NCBI GenBank assembly: GCA_965200315.1
Contig: OZ241362.1
Coordinates: 3,360,001-3,424,000, forward strand
Length of the DNA: 64,000 nt
Direction of reading: 5' to 3'
From: Candidatus Latescibacterota bacterium
GTDB lineage: Bacteria; Latescibacterota; UBA2968; UBA8231
Below are positions 29,251-42,001 of the stretch, piece after piece (the first letter of the stretch is position 1; every line of letters begins with the position of its first letter). The position numbers and the translations under genes were made by a program. Below the pieces are notes generated by a model, which did not search any database, was not told the DNA's origin, and was given only the letters and a program-made list of their open reading frames with translations.

Positions 29251-30687
29251 ATGAGCACCGCAAACGTTGAGACACTACAGTTGCCTTCGTACTTAGGCGG
29301 ACAAGCAATCGGTTCGGCGGATACTTTGACCATCCACTATCCCTACGACGGTTCGATTGCCGGTGCGGTTAGCAAGGTCAACGGCGATCACCTCGACCTC
29401 GCCATCAACCGCACACTGTCTTTTGACGGACAACCGTCGCGCTTTGATCGGTCTCAAGTGCTGACCAGAGCTCGCGAACTTCTGCTCGATCGCGCAGACG
29501 AGTTTGCCAACCTGATCCGCATGGAGTCCGGGCTGTGCATGCGGGAGACTAAGTACGAGGTGGGGCGCGCCTGTGACGTTTTTCAATTCGCCGCGGCCGA
29601 GGCATTAAAGGACGACGGCGAAATATTCTCCGGCGATGTGTCGCCTAAAGGTGAGCAGCGGAAGATCTTTACGGTTCGCGAACCGGTGCGATTGGCCCTT
29701 GCCATTACACCCTTCAATCACCCACTGAATCAAGTTGCTCATAAGGTTGCACCGGCAATCGCGGCGGGTGTGCCCTTGCTCGTCAAGCCATCGGAAAAAA
29801 CCCCGCTGACCGCCATTCGGCTTTGCGAGTTACTCTATGATGCCGGCCTGCCCGAGCAGATGCTCAGCGTCTTCATCGGGGACATCGACACAGTGGTCGA
29901 GCCATTAATCGCAGATGAGCGGATTGAATTGGTCACGTTTACCGGCGGAACTGTCGTCGGTAAACGCATTGCTCAGTTGGCGGGTTACAAGAAATTATGC
30001 TTGGAGTTGGGTGGTAATAGTCCATTGATCATTTTGGACGATGCAGACCTCGATCTGGCGGCGACGCTCGCGGCAGAAGGATGTTTTCGCAATTCGGGCC
30101 AACGTTGCACGGCAGTGAAGCGATTGCTCGTCCATCGTAGAATTAAGAATGTATTTATGGATAAGTTCCTCGAGCGAGCGGCCACTTATCGGGCTGGTGA
30201 TCCGGCGGATCCGGCTACCATCGTGGGTACGGTGATTGACGACGCGGCGGCAAAACTGCTCGAGCAGCGCGTCCACAAAGCCGTGCATCAGGGTGCGAAA
30301 GTGCTGTTGGGTGGAGGACGCCGTGGTGCGCTAGTAGAACCAACGGTAATCGACAACGTCCCTCGCGACGCGGAAATGATTCGGGAGGAATCGTTCGGTC
30401 CGCTGGCCCCCATCATCGAGATTTCCGACATCGACGACGCCATCGCGGTCGCCAACGACTCCAAGTTCGGACTCTCCTCGGGCGTAGTAACCAATCACCT
30501 GCCAAGCGCACTGGAATGCGTCCGTCGCATTAGAACGGGGACGGTCAACATCAATCAAGTTCCTGGGTATCGCATTGAATGCTCCCCGTTTAGTGGAGTA
30601 AAAGACTCTGGCTTAGGGATTAAGGAAGGCGTGATCGAGGCCATGAAGTTCATGACCAACGTAAAGACGTTCTCGCTGCCGTGGTAA
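29251..30687 (+). CDS. phnY: Phosphonoacetaldehyde dehydrogenase
   Basis: ALDH motifs (ITPFNHPLN, LELGGN, NSGQRCTA, EESFGP) plus the PhnY-type C-terminus 'KEGVIEAMKFMTNVKTFSLPW'. Confidence 0.8.
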   Translation: MSTANVETLQLPSYLGGQAIGSADTLTIHYPYDGSIAGAVSKVNGDHLDLAINRTLSFDGQPSRFDRSQVLTRARELLLDRADEFANLIRMESGLCMRETKYEVGRACDVFQFAAAEALKDDGEIFSGDVSPKGEQRKIFTVREPVRLALAITPFNHPLNQVAHKVAPAIAAGVPLLVKPSEKTPLTAIRLCELLYDAGLPEQMLSVFIGDIDTVVEPLIADERIELVTFTGGTVVGKRIAQLAGYKKLCLELGGNSPLIILDDADLDLAATLAAEGCFRNSGQRCTAVKRLLVHRRIKNVFMDKFLERAATYRAGDPADPATIVGTVIDDAAAKLLEQRVHKAVHQGAKVLLGGGRRGALVEPTVIDNVPRDAEMIREESFGPLAPIIEISDIDDAIAVANDSKFGLSSGVVTNHLPSALECVRRIRTGTVNINQVPGYRIECSPFSGVKDSGLGIKEGVIEAMKFMTNVKTFSLPW

Positions 30688-30751
30688 TCGCCAGCCAAGC
30701 TGCTTGCAGCATCAATCACATGGGCCAACCTAAAAAGAAAAGGATAGTACA

Positions 30752-31660
30752 ATGAAAAGACTTTTTATTCTCACTGTTATAGCGTTGTCGAGCTTATTCT
30801 CTTGTTCAGAAAGTGATGACACGCCACTTGATACACCCACTACAAATATAACAGGTTTATTTACACAAACACTTTCCCATGACGGTATAACAAGAGAATA
30901 TATTATATATGTGCCTGACTCTTATGATGGCACTTCCGAAGTTCCTCTAATGCTTAACTTTCACGGATATGGTGGGATTGCAAGCCAATACTTAAAATAC
31001 GCCGATATGCGGCCTTTGGCAGATACAGAAAATTTTATTCTGGTTTACCCTCAAGGGACCTTGCTGGATGGAGACCCACACTGGAATTCTGGTTTAGAAT
31101 CAGATAAAAATAAAAGTGATGCGGATGATTTTGGCTTTGTGGAAGCATTAATTAATGAGGTTTCTTCCAATTATAACATTGATTTAGCAAGAGTCTATTC
31201 CTGTGGTTACTCAAACGGCGCTTTCTTTACGTATGCACTTGCTTGCTACCATAGTGATAAAATAGCGGCTATTGGTTCTGTTGCTGGAACAATGATGGAG
31301 GAAACATATAACAACTGTAGTCCATCACATCCTACGCCTATGATTAACATTCATGGTACATCAGACAAGTATGTCCCTTATGACGGGGGCTCTGAGGGAT
31401 TATCATCAATTGATGAGGTGCTTGCTTATTGGACAAATTTTAATAATACCAGTACTACTCCGATAGTAAATAGTATGGATGATAGTGGAACGACAATAGA
31501 ACATTATTCCTATACAGACGGAGACAACAATACTTCTGTAGAACATTATAGAATTATTGACGGAGGGCATGTCTGGTTTGATATCAGCTACGACGACTCT
31601 AATACCAGCCATCTAATCTGGGATTTTGTGTCGAGATATGATATTGGAGGATTGCGATGA
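30752..31660 (+). CDS. PHB depolymerase/LpqC-family esterase lipoprotein
   Basis: Lipoprotein signal (LFSC), LNFHGYG, VYPQG, DDFGF, GYSNG nucleophile, HGTSD, GGHVW; markedly AT-rich. Confidence 0.85.
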   Translation: MKRLFILTVIALSSLFSCSESDDTPLDTPTTNITGLFTQTLSHDGITREYIIYVPDSYDGTSEVPLMLNFHGYGGIASQYLKYADMRPLADTENFILVYPQGTLLDGDPHWNSGLESDKNKSDADDFGFVEALINEVSSNYNIDLARVYSCGYSNGAFFTYALACYHSDKIAAIGSVAGTMMEETYNNCSPSHPTPMINIHGTSDKYVPYDGGSEGLSSIDEVLAYWTNFNNTSTTPIVNSMDDSGTTIEHYSYTDGDNNTSVEHYRIIDGGHVWFDISYDDSNTSHLIWDFVSRYDIGGLR

Positions 31661-33240
31661 GTAACGGATGGAAGGATATGCGCGGTTATTATCCCGGAGA
31701 TTGGGTCAGGCCCAGGCAGAACGCGGGGCATTGGCGTCCATTGGTCGATTGGACGGAGGTTTTTCCGGGCCATCGCTCCGTCGATCGCACTGGCGAGTTC
31801 GAGCTCTACGACGCTCCTATAGGCATCCGCTTGGCGATCGAGGAGGCGGACAAATCGGCTCCGCTCGAGTTCGATGGCGAAGCGGATGGTGACGTCGATG
31901 GCGTAGGCAACTCCGTGCGGGTGTGGCAGGCGGATGACCGATACCACCTGCTCTACTACGAGGGGAGACGCGTCGCTTATGCAGTAAGTGAAGACGCGTA
32001 CCGTTGGACTCGTCCAGCCTTGGGCATCATCGAGCAGAACGGCTCAAAGGAAAACAACCTAGTTACCGATGTGGGGGGCGACCTGCTCAAAGCGGTATTT
32101 GAAGATCCAAGCGCGCCACCTGCAGAGCGATTTAAGGGCATGGGTTGTGAGGGAGCTATGATCAATTCAGAGACCGAAGAGATCGCCAACGCGGGTGAGG
32201 AGGTCGACGAGGAATACATACAAAAGTGGTGGGCCGATCAGGAATACTTGGGTCCAGCCTACAAGGGGCCCAGACTGATTCTCAAGGGCCGGGTAATGGG
32301 GTGGGTCTCCCCCGACCGCATTCACTGGAAGCGGACCGACAAGATTCTCGCCGATTTTCCTATGGACGGAGGCCTCTCCGCCAGGTACGACGAGAAATCC
32401 GGTTACTACTACGCCTACTGTCGCATCCAGGGCGTCCCCCAGGAACAGTTCGACCTGATCGGCAGCGGCGTTCCAGAGGATGGCATCTTCCACCGGGCGA
32501 TCGGGCTGACCCGGACCAAGGACTTCAACCACTGGCCCGCTCCCAAGCTCCTCCTCTTTCCAGATGGTCAGGACGAGCCCGACCTCTCGTTCTACGGCGG
32601 CGATTACTTTCCCTATCCGGGTAGAGACGATCTGCACTGCATGTTGGTACAGGCCTACCATCACGCCACCGACCACGTGGACAGCCAGCTCGCCATCAGT
32701 CGCGATGGTTTGATTTGGCAGCGGCCGGAGCGCAAGCCAATTATTCCGGTGGGCGGTCCGGGTGCGCCCGACGCGGCCATGGTCTATTCCTGGGGCAGCG
32801 GCATCGCGGAATTACCGGACGGCAATTGGGGGTCTCTCTACGGAGGGCACACGTCGCTACACAACGCACCGCAGAGAGGAGAGGTGGTGTTACAGTGGGC
32901 CCGGTGGCGGCCCCACAGATTCTGCGGCATCGAAACGGATGTGGAGGGTCGGTTTACCTTGCCGACCATAGTGAGGACCGCCAGTCAGCTAAGGCTCAAC
33001 TACCGCTGTCGTCCGGGTGGCTGGATCAAGGTCGAGATTCTGCGCAACATTCCCTCGCGGATTCACCCCGACGTCGATCCGGTCGCCGGCTTGACCTTCA
33101 AAGAAAGCGATCTGCTGCAAGGAGAGTCGCTCGACCAGGCGGTCGCTTGGAACGGCAACAGCGACTTGTCCGAAGTGGGTGAGATGTTGGCGATTCGGAT
33201 CCGGATGTTTCAGGCAAAGGTCTTCGCGTACCGCGTTTAA
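31657..33240 (+). CDS. Hypothetical glycoside-hydrolase-like beta-propeller protein
   Basis: Repeated Asp-box-like motifs (SEDAYRW, SPDRIHW, TKDFNHW, SRDGLIW) and a C-terminal beta-sandwich. Confidence 0.6.
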   Translation: MSNGWKDMRGYYPGDWVRPRQNAGHWRPLVDWTEVFPGHRSVDRTGEFELYDAPIGIRLAIEEADKSAPLEFDGEADGDVDGVGNSVRVWQADDRYHLLYYEGRRVAYAVSEDAYRWTRPALGIIEQNGSKENNLVTDVGGDLLKAVFEDPSAPPAERFKGMGCEGAMINSETEEIANAGEEVDEEYIQKWWADQEYLGPAYKGPRLILKGRVMGWVSPDRIHWKRTDKILADFPMDGGLSARYDEKSGYYYAYCRIQGVPQEQFDLIGSGVPEDGIFHRAIGLTRTKDFNHWPAPKLLLFPDGQDEPDLSFYGGDYFPYPGRDDLHCMLVQAYHHATDHVDSQLAISRDGLIWQRPERKPIIPVGGPGAPDAAMVYSWGSGIAELPDGNWGSLYGGHTSLHNAPQRGEVVLQWARWRPHRFCGIETDVEGRFTLPTIVRTASQLRLNYRCRPGGWIKVEILRNIPSRIHPDVDPVAGLTFKESDLLQGESLDQAVAWNGNSDLSEVGEMLAIRIRMFQAKVFAYRV

Positions 33241-33363
33241 AAAGTATGAGAATTGGGTTGCTAGGAGGTCGATCGCATGACAGGTAATCAGACGGGGGCA
33301 TCGGGCGCAACTGTCGCCGACGCGAGCTCATCATCAAAACTAAAAATCACAAGAATCCCAAAG

Positions 33364-33542
33364 ATTACTGGACTCCGTAAAGGCAATGTACAATGATCCT
33401 TAGAGGACTTGAACTCCGAATAGAAGACCTGAAAATCGGTATCAGAGGGGCAGAACAAGCGTTTGTTGAAAAGTTCCCTGCAGACAGCCGTCTGTTAGAC
33501 ATCGGATGCGCGACAGGACGGTTGTGCTTTGCACTGTCATAG
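33364..33542 (+). pseudogene. SAM methyltransferase remnant
   Basis: Hand translation ...EKFPADSRLLDIGCATGRLCFALS* (motif I); cut immediately after. Confidence 0.55.
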
Positions 33543-34455
33543 TGACAACGACCCGCAACCCAGAGATTCTCTACGCCCTGCGGCAGCAACGTTCGGTACG
33601 AAATATCGTACGGTGGTACGATCGGCTGATCGTGATACCCGGCTGCGTCCTCAGGATGCCGGTCTATCCTCCACGCTCCAAGCACTACCACGTCATCCTG
33701 TCGTTTCGCAGTTCTTATATCGTCGCCGGTCAGCATGTAATCGCCGACAATTCTTCTGGATTCTCGCGATCCAGCAGTCGGACCACTGATGAAAAAGTAT
33801 GCATCTTTGAACTCGGGTAGTGCTTCTTTCCAGAGCTCGAACATGGTCCACGCATCGCGTCGGCCTTGGATTTCTGCGTTCGTCCAGTCTTGCGGATTCG
33901 TTGCGTTGCCGGGAGTGCGAATCACGTTGAAATAGGTGTCTCGACCTGAGAAAGTTGCTGGCCACGGACCACCATACAGGCCGATCTTGCCTTCGGCGTG
34001 TGCCTTCTCCAAAACGGCCGCACACTTGCGACGCAGCTCAAATGTGAGTTCAACAAAGCCGATTCGGAAGTGCAAGCTCATCGGCTGAAGCGACTCGGCG
34101 ACCTCGTATGGACATCCTGCCCAAGCGGCGACATCGGCATCACCCCACCGTTCACGTTGTATGAGAGATGTGGAGCCTGCCCGGGCTCAACCACACCCAT
34201 TCGTTCGAGCATCTCAAAGACAAGTCCACCCACAACGGGCCTACCAGTCTCTTCGTAGACGAATCCATCGAACGCCGAGCCGATGATATTCGTAAAGAAC
34301 CCACCGGCAAATCCCATGCGGTCGACTGCCATCACAGAAGCACCGTTCCGTGCCGCGCCAACAGCCGCACCAATACCCGCCAGCCCCGTTCCACAAACGA
34401 GAACGTCTGGTTCAGCAACTACAGGAAATGATTTTGTGTACTGGATTATCGACAT
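33542..34455 (-). pseudogene. FAD-dependent oxidoreductase (FAD_oxidored family), split and truncated
   Basis: N-terminal GTGLAGIGAA in one frame; RESRRIVGDY, YDISYRTLLP and LWVAGRC in another; middle and C-terminus missing. Confidence 0.8.
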
Positions 34456-34495
34456 GATTTGCTACTCGACCAGCCCCAAGCCCCGCCCTCACTTC

Positions 34496-35233
34496 TCAGT
34501 GCTTACACGCCACATGTCGATCTTCGTATATTCCCTTTAGAAACTTTTCTGGATTGAGTTCTTCGGGCAAATAATGCCATGCCGTACTATAGCGAGTGCG
34601 ATTGCTGTGGTTATCATAAGCACCGTGCAGGAGATTGGCGGAAAACAGAACAACCGTGCCAGCGGGAATGACCAGATCCACAGCCCGCGATTCATCGACC
34701 TCTGTCCAACTGCCATGCCTACTTGGATTTCTGCGGTGCTCGACAATCTCGCCCATCCGGTGGCTGCCGGGCACCACCCGCAAACACCCATTCTCCACAT
34801 CTGAATCTTCCAGATAAATCCCGCAACTGATAATGCGCTCCGTATCGGTGCCAAAATAAAAATTGTCCTGATGCCAGCCCGTTGACGTGCCGCCATTGGG
34901 CAACTTGGGAAAAAACTTGGTGCCAAATACATCGATGTTTTCACCAATCAATACTGCCACGCGGTCTAAAATCGCTGGCTCGCGCGCCAGTTCCAACACG
35001 CGGGCATCGACCACGCAAACGCCCTGAATTTTGTGCAACAAACCCGCCTGGGGCGCACCGCACTCGTCCAACTCGAGCGTCCAGTGCGGTCCCTCCTCGG
35101 TCAATTTGCGCCCCTCTGCGACCAGTTCATCAAACACCTGCTTGTAATAGACCAATCGCTCGCCTTGTATCAGGGCTTCAAAAACGAGATAGCCATCTTC
35201 TCGAAATTGCCGCATCTGTTCGTCAGTCAACAT
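34496..35233 (-). CDS. PhyH family dioxygenase
   Basis: WHQD, ENGCLRVVPGSH, LLHG..DN...R; start MLTDEQ. Confidence 0.9.
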   Translation of the reverse strand: MLTDEQMRQFREDGYLVFEALIQGERLVYYKQVFDELVAEGRKLTEEGPHWTLELDECGAPQAGLLHKIQGVCVVDARVLELAREPAILDRVAVLIGENIDVFGTKFFPKLPNGGTSTGWHQDNFYFGTDTERIISCGIYLEDSDVENGCLRVVPGSHRMGEIVEHRRNPSRHGSWTEVDESRAVDLVIPAGTVVLFSANLLHGAYDNHSNRTRYSTAWHYLPEELNPEKFLKGIYEDRHVACKH

Positions 35234-35440
35234 TAAAACCTCGTATTCTACGACATAATGAACAGGCAATATGCAGTTCGCTGAAAACGCGCACAAGGGT
35301 TCAGCAGAATCGCTTGGCGTCGCCCAGAATTGTTCGCGTTGCTGCGGAAGGTGGACGCCCAAAACTGCGCCATTACCCGAGCCAGATTCCCTTTGCTTGG
35401 GGACGAGGGAAGTCCTTTATTATTTTTAAATTTCGCAGGC

Positions 35441-35455
35441 TTGCAACGATTATAG
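35441..35455 (+). promoter_or_regulatory. Possible PerR/Fur-type operator upstream of katG
   Basis: TTGCAACGATTATAG is a partial match to the TTATAATNATTATAA box, ~40 nt before katG. Confidence 0.3.
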
Positions 35456-37630
<2,175 letters not shown>

Positions 37631-37714
37631 TCTCAGCGGGTGCTCGTAACGGAGGAGTATCTCTTTGAGTACTAGCACGGGTGAAGTACCGGATTATTCT
37701 CGGCGTTTATTGAG

Positions 37715-39208
37715 ATGCTGACACAAATCGATTATGCCGTAATTGCGGTCTACGCGGCGTTGATGACTTGGATCGGAATTATAGCTAAGCGGAAGTCCAG
37801 CAATGTGGACCAGTATTTCGCGGCCGGGCACGGGTTACCCTGGTGGATGGCGGCCATCTCGCACCACGTGTCCGGGTACAGCGCGGTCGTGTTTGTGGGT
37901 TTTGCCGGTCGTGCAGCGGTCACGGGATTCAGCATGTGGACCTTGTTTTCGCTTGGGGTGTTCGTAGCCCTGGTGCTTGGATGCCTCATCTGGGCACCGA
38001 GATGGTCTAGGTTGAAAGTTCTGACGCCAGTGGAATATCTGGAAGTGCGCTACGGCAATTCCGTGCGGGGTCTCATTGCGGTTTCCGGTATCCTCATCAA
38101 GTTCATCGATCTCGGCATCAAGCTGTTCGCGATCTCCATTGTCGTCCACGTGGTTACCGGCTGGGAGGTGGTGCCTATTATCGTTGTTTCGGGTCTGATC
38201 ACCATCGCCTACGTATTCATTGGCGGGCTGTGGGCTACCGTACTTACGGACTTGGTGCAGTTCGTGGTACAGCTCGTCATGAGTCTGGCCGTGCTGTTCA
38301 TCGCGCTCGATATGGTGGGGGGCTGGAACGCGATGTGGGACAGCTTGCCACAGGAGCGCGCCGGCTTTTTCAACGCGGCCGAGGGGATCAGCGCGAGCTT
38401 CTGGCTGGTCTATGTGGTTGTGATCATTCTCAGCTACAACGGGGGCACTTGGGGACTGGCGCAGCGATTCGTGTCGGTGGAAAAGCCGCGGGATGCCCAG
38501 AAGGCGGCGCTCTTGTCGGCGATTCTCTACTTGTTCTATCCCATCGTCATTTTCCTTCCCGCTTGGGCCGCGCCGCTGCTGATGCCCGAACACTTCGATC
38601 CGGTCACATTTCAACCCAGCGTCGGCTTCGATCTGGATCAGACATACATCCTTGTAACGCAAAAAATACTGTCGACTCTGGCGCCAGGGCTGATCGGACT
38701 GCTGGTATGCTCCATGTTTGCCGCGACCATGTCCATGATCGACAGCGATATAAATGCCCTTGCTGCGGTGTTCACCAAGGATTTCTACCAGCGCAACTTC
38801 AAGCGCGAGATCGACGACAAGGCGTTGTTCAAGGCGGGAATGATCACGACGGCGATTTTCGGTATCGCGGTTCTGGTGACCGCAATTGTGATCTCCCAGA
38901 GTCAGGGCATGAACAAGGTGTTTTCTTTGACCGTGAAACTGTTCGGCGGCCTCCTGTCGCCCATCGCGATTCCATTGATGCTCGGGATGATATGGAAACG
39001 CCCGACCGCGCGGGGCGCAATTTTGTCGTTTACCGGCGGCGTGATCACCTATTTCATCATGATTCAGTACACCGACAGGTTTGAGATTTACACCGGGGTG
39101 GAAATCCTAGTCGTGCTGGCCATCTACTTTGGCGAGGGGTATATGGGCAAGCGCAGCCTTGAGAAGGAGGCGGAGGTAACGGCGTTGTTCGATAAAATTC
39201 GGACCTGA
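37715..39208 (+). CDS. Sodium:solute symporter family transporter
   Basis: YFAAG..LPWW, EYLEVRYG, GGLWATVLTD..Q, AQRF, FAATMS..DS..N. Confidence 0.9.
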   Translation: MLTQIDYAVIAVYAALMTWIGIIAKRKSSNVDQYFAAGHGLPWWMAAISHHVSGYSAVVFVGFAGRAAVTGFSMWTLFSLGVFVALVLGCLIWAPRWSRLKVLTPVEYLEVRYGNSVRGLIAVSGILIKFIDLGIKLFAISIVVHVVTGWEVVPIIVVSGLITIAYVFIGGLWATVLTDLVQFVVQLVMSLAVLFIALDMVGGWNAMWDSLPQERAGFFNAAEGISASFWLVYVVVIILSYNGGTWGLAQRFVSVEKPRDAQKAALLSAILYLFYPIVIFLPAWAAPLLMPEHFDPVTFQPSVGFDLDQTYILVTQKILSTLAPGLIGLLVCSMFAATMSMIDSDINALAAVFTKDFYQRNFKREIDDKALFKAGMITTAIFGIAVLVTAIVISQSQGMNKVFSLTVKLFGGLLSPIAIPLMLGMIWKRPTARGAILSFTGGVITYFIMIQYTDRFEIYTGVEILVVLAIYFGEGYMGKRSLEKEAEVTALFDKIRT

Positions 39209-39299
39209 TATAGCAACCCGACATGATTTGAACGATTCGAGCGGTGGCTAGTCTTGTGCCTCCTATTCTGCGTACGTCTATCTGCGTCCATCTGCGGAT
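39209..39299 (-). repeat. ~90-bp dispersed repeat, copy 1
   Basis: Reverse complement shares ATCCGCAGATGGACGCAGATAGAC, CAGAATAG, CCGCTCGAATCGTTCAAATCAT and TGCTATA with 62169-62256. Confidence 0.8.
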
Positions 39300-39319
39300 T
39301 ATCTGGGAAATGATGGGGG

Positions 39320-39677
39320 CATGACCCTGAGAAAGAAGGAGCAATATGGCTTGGGCTTCGCCCGCATCCATCGCCACGGGCTTCTCGCACAGGACATGCT
39401 ATCCCGCCTTTAGGCACATCACCGCGAGGTTGCGATGGCTCGAGGGCAGCGTGGCGATGCTCACGACATCGGGCTTGGTCTTTTCGAGCATCTCTTCCGC
39501 GTCTTGAAATCCGGCGACTGCAAACTGCTTGCCGGCCCGCGACACCCGTTCCGGCTCCAGATCGCATACGCCCACGAGCGAGCAGCCCCCGGCATCTGCT
39601 GCCTCCCGGTAGGCCGGCAGATGTTGTGAGGTGGCGATCTGGCCGCATCCGATTACGGCGACTTTCGTCGGACTCAT
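39320..39677 (-). pseudogene. Gfo/Idh/MocA oxidoreductase remnant
   Basis: MSPTKVAVIGCGQIA...CLKAG*HVLCEKPVAM; in-frame TAG, then truncated next to the repeat. Confidence 0.8.
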
Positions 39678-39693
39678 GCGCTCCTTCCTCCGA

Positions 39694-41637
39694 TCACGCC
39701 AGTTCAATGCGCTTGATCACGCGTTGCAAAACCCACTCGCCCATGATCGTATCTTTTTGCGCGAGATACATGGTCTGAACAGGCGGAATCAACGCATCCC
39801 AATTGGGTTCAAAAGGGCCATAACAAACCGGGTTATCCAGCGCAGCTTGCAAAGCGGGGATCAACGCCTTTAGCTGCGCTAGGATCTCTCGGCGATAAAA
39901 AGACAAATTTGCACCCGCGCGAAACCGCGCCCAGAGCAGATCACTTTGCAACGCACGTTCCAATGCAGGCATCCCTTCTGTACGGTTGTTTTGGCAAAGC
40001 AAGTCAGCCGCCGCTAGACTCACACTGATCGATTCATCCTGAACAAGCGAACCGATCTTTTGCAGAACTGTATCCTCCGCCTCATACGACATCAACCCGG
40101 TAATCGCCCAATAGCGCACAGCACTATCGGAATCATCAAGTCGGTCAATTAACTTAGCTTTGCCAGCTTCACCTAATCGAGAGAAATCGGCTGTCTCCAG
40201 AACATGTGCATAGTTTTCGCAATGTGCGCCCACTTCGTAATTCACACCATCATACTCAGTCGCTCGCACGATCATCTCAGTTTCATCAATCAGCCCCAGA
40301 TCCCGCGTCTCAATCATCCACTCAAACAACTCCGTTCGTAACTGATCTTTGAGACCGCTGTATTTAGGATCGCCAGCCAGATTGGCAATTTCTTCCGGGT
40401 CGTTCTCAACATCATACAGTTCTTCAAATGGCTTCTTTGCCTGCCAGACCAAATATGCAGAATACGCCTCGGGAATCGGCAGCAAAAACACACCATCGGG
40501 ATCGTGTACTTTCAACTCTCCGGGCAAACACGACGTATCCCAGAAATCATGCTCAGGCGTCCCTTCTTTCGGGGGTGTCTCAAAGAAACCACCATCTGGC
40601 CAAAACGAAGCATAGGGGCGATGAGGCAAAAAGTTGCGAATGTAGCGGTATTTCTCACTCCGAATCGTGCGAATCATCTCATTGCAATTGTCCAAGCGAT
40701 CTCGCGCCCCACAGACAAAATCGCGATACGGTTCCTTTTGCTTACCCAGAAAGGCTCGTCCTTGAAAATGTTGGGGAATCTGCACATCCATCATGCTCAA
40801 AACAGACGCGCCCATATCCATCGTCATCACCAGATCGTCCACCACCGTTCCCGGCGGTCCTATTGCCAGATGTTGGTATTTGTCGGGAAAGCGAATAATC
40901 AACGGCACCCGCAAACCATCTTCGTAAACGTGCGTCTTGCCCCTCGGATAACCTGTACCGTGATCAGACCAAAAGAAAACAATCGTATTATCCAGCACAC
41001 CTGCGGACCCCAATTTTTCTATCACTTCACCCACGTGCCGATCAACCTGCATCAAGCCATCGTAAAAAAGAGCGGTGCGCTCTCTGGCGAGTGGTGTATC
41101 AGGCATAAAAATGGGAAGTGGTGCCTCGTCAGGATCGTGCAATTCTTCATCCGTTAACAAACTCGATCGCTGGTCTCGTGCTTGCTCTGGTGTTAGCTTA
41201 AATACACTAGCGTGGGACTCACCAAAACTATACACTGCAAAAAAAGGCTTCTCATCTGCTTGTTCCAAAAGCACATCATTGCTCTGATACGCCGCCCATT
41301 CGTCAGGGTCGATGTCTGTGTTCAAATCAGTATTGATCGCCGAGCAATTATACCCTTCTGCCATCAGATAGTGCGTCAACATTTGCACAAAGTCAGGACG
41401 TCTGGCAAAACTTCGATGATGATGCGTACCCACAGTAGTCTGATGCATTCCGGTAAAAATACTTGTGCGTGCAGGTGAACAAATAGGCCCACAGGCAAAA
41501 GCGTTCGCATAGCGAATGCCTTCTTCAGATAGCGTATCGAGATGAGGAGTTGTGGCATAATCATCGCCATAACACCCCACATTCCTCGCACTCACATCGT
41601 GTGTATTTATCCAGACAAAATTCGGTCGTTTCGCCAA
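39694..41637 (-). CDS. Cys-type sulfatase with C-terminal HEAT repeats
   Basis: CSPARTSIFTG formylglycine motif, WSDHG, RGKT, ELYD...DPEE..NLA; 'DSDSAVRYWA' HEAT. Confidence 0.92.
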   Translation of the reverse strand: MAKRPNFVWINTHDVSARNVGCYGDDYATTPHLDTLSEEGIRYANAFACGPICSPARTSIFTGMHQTTVGTHHHRSFARRPDFVQMLTHYLMAEGYNCSAINTDLNTDIDPDEWAAYQSNDVLLEQADEKPFFAVYSFGESHASVFKLTPEQARDQRSSLLTDEELHDPDEAPLPIFMPDTPLARERTALFYDGLMQVDRHVGEVIEKLGSAGVLDNTIVFFWSDHGTGYPRGKTHVYEDGLRVPLIIRFPDKYQHLAIGPPGTVVDDLVMTMDMGASVLSMMDVQIPQHFQGRAFLGKQKEPYRDFVCGARDRLDNCNEMIRTIRSEKYRYIRNFLPHRPYASFWPDGGFFETPPKEGTPEHDFWDTSCLPGELKVHDPDGVFLLPIPEAYSAYLVWQAKKPFEELYDVENDPEEIANLAGDPKYSGLKDQLRTELFEWMIETRDLGLIDETEMIVRATEYDGVNYEVGAHCENYAHVLETADFSRLGEAGKAKLIDRLDDSDSAVRYWAITGLMSYEAEDTVLQKIGSLVQDESISVSLAAADLLCQNNRTEGMPALERALQSDLLWARFRAGANLSFYRREILAQLKALIPALQAALDNPVCYGPFEPNWDALIPPVQTMYLAQKDTIMGEWVLQRVIKRIELA

Positions 41638-42001
41638 ATTAATTCCTCGCTAACCTCTTTTAGGAAATCCACACTGTTTTATGTTCAAAAAAAGGCTCCA
41701 GACCCATCTCGCCGTAGCGCCGGCCAATGCCGCTCTGTAGCGCCTGTGGTGCTTCTTGGTCGGGCGCTTTAAGCACGGCCGATAAAAAAGTGGCCAGCAT
41801 CGGCCCATTGAAGGGGACAAAGATCGCAACGACGCCCAGCTTTCGTTGACGCACTGGAGAATCAATCATAGCCCTACCAGCAGGCATCGCCTAAGTCCGG
41901 CTGTCGGCTATAGGATATTCTAGTATACTATGGCCCTGCAACGCGGGCAATCAGCAGACCGCTGTTCCTCGTGACCTCTTCCCCCAACGCAGAGACCAAA
42001 C

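Noticed and set aside
41660-41887. 75-aa ORF upstream of the sulfatase
   Set aside because: No recognisable motif or clear RBS; may be a remnant but cannot be supported
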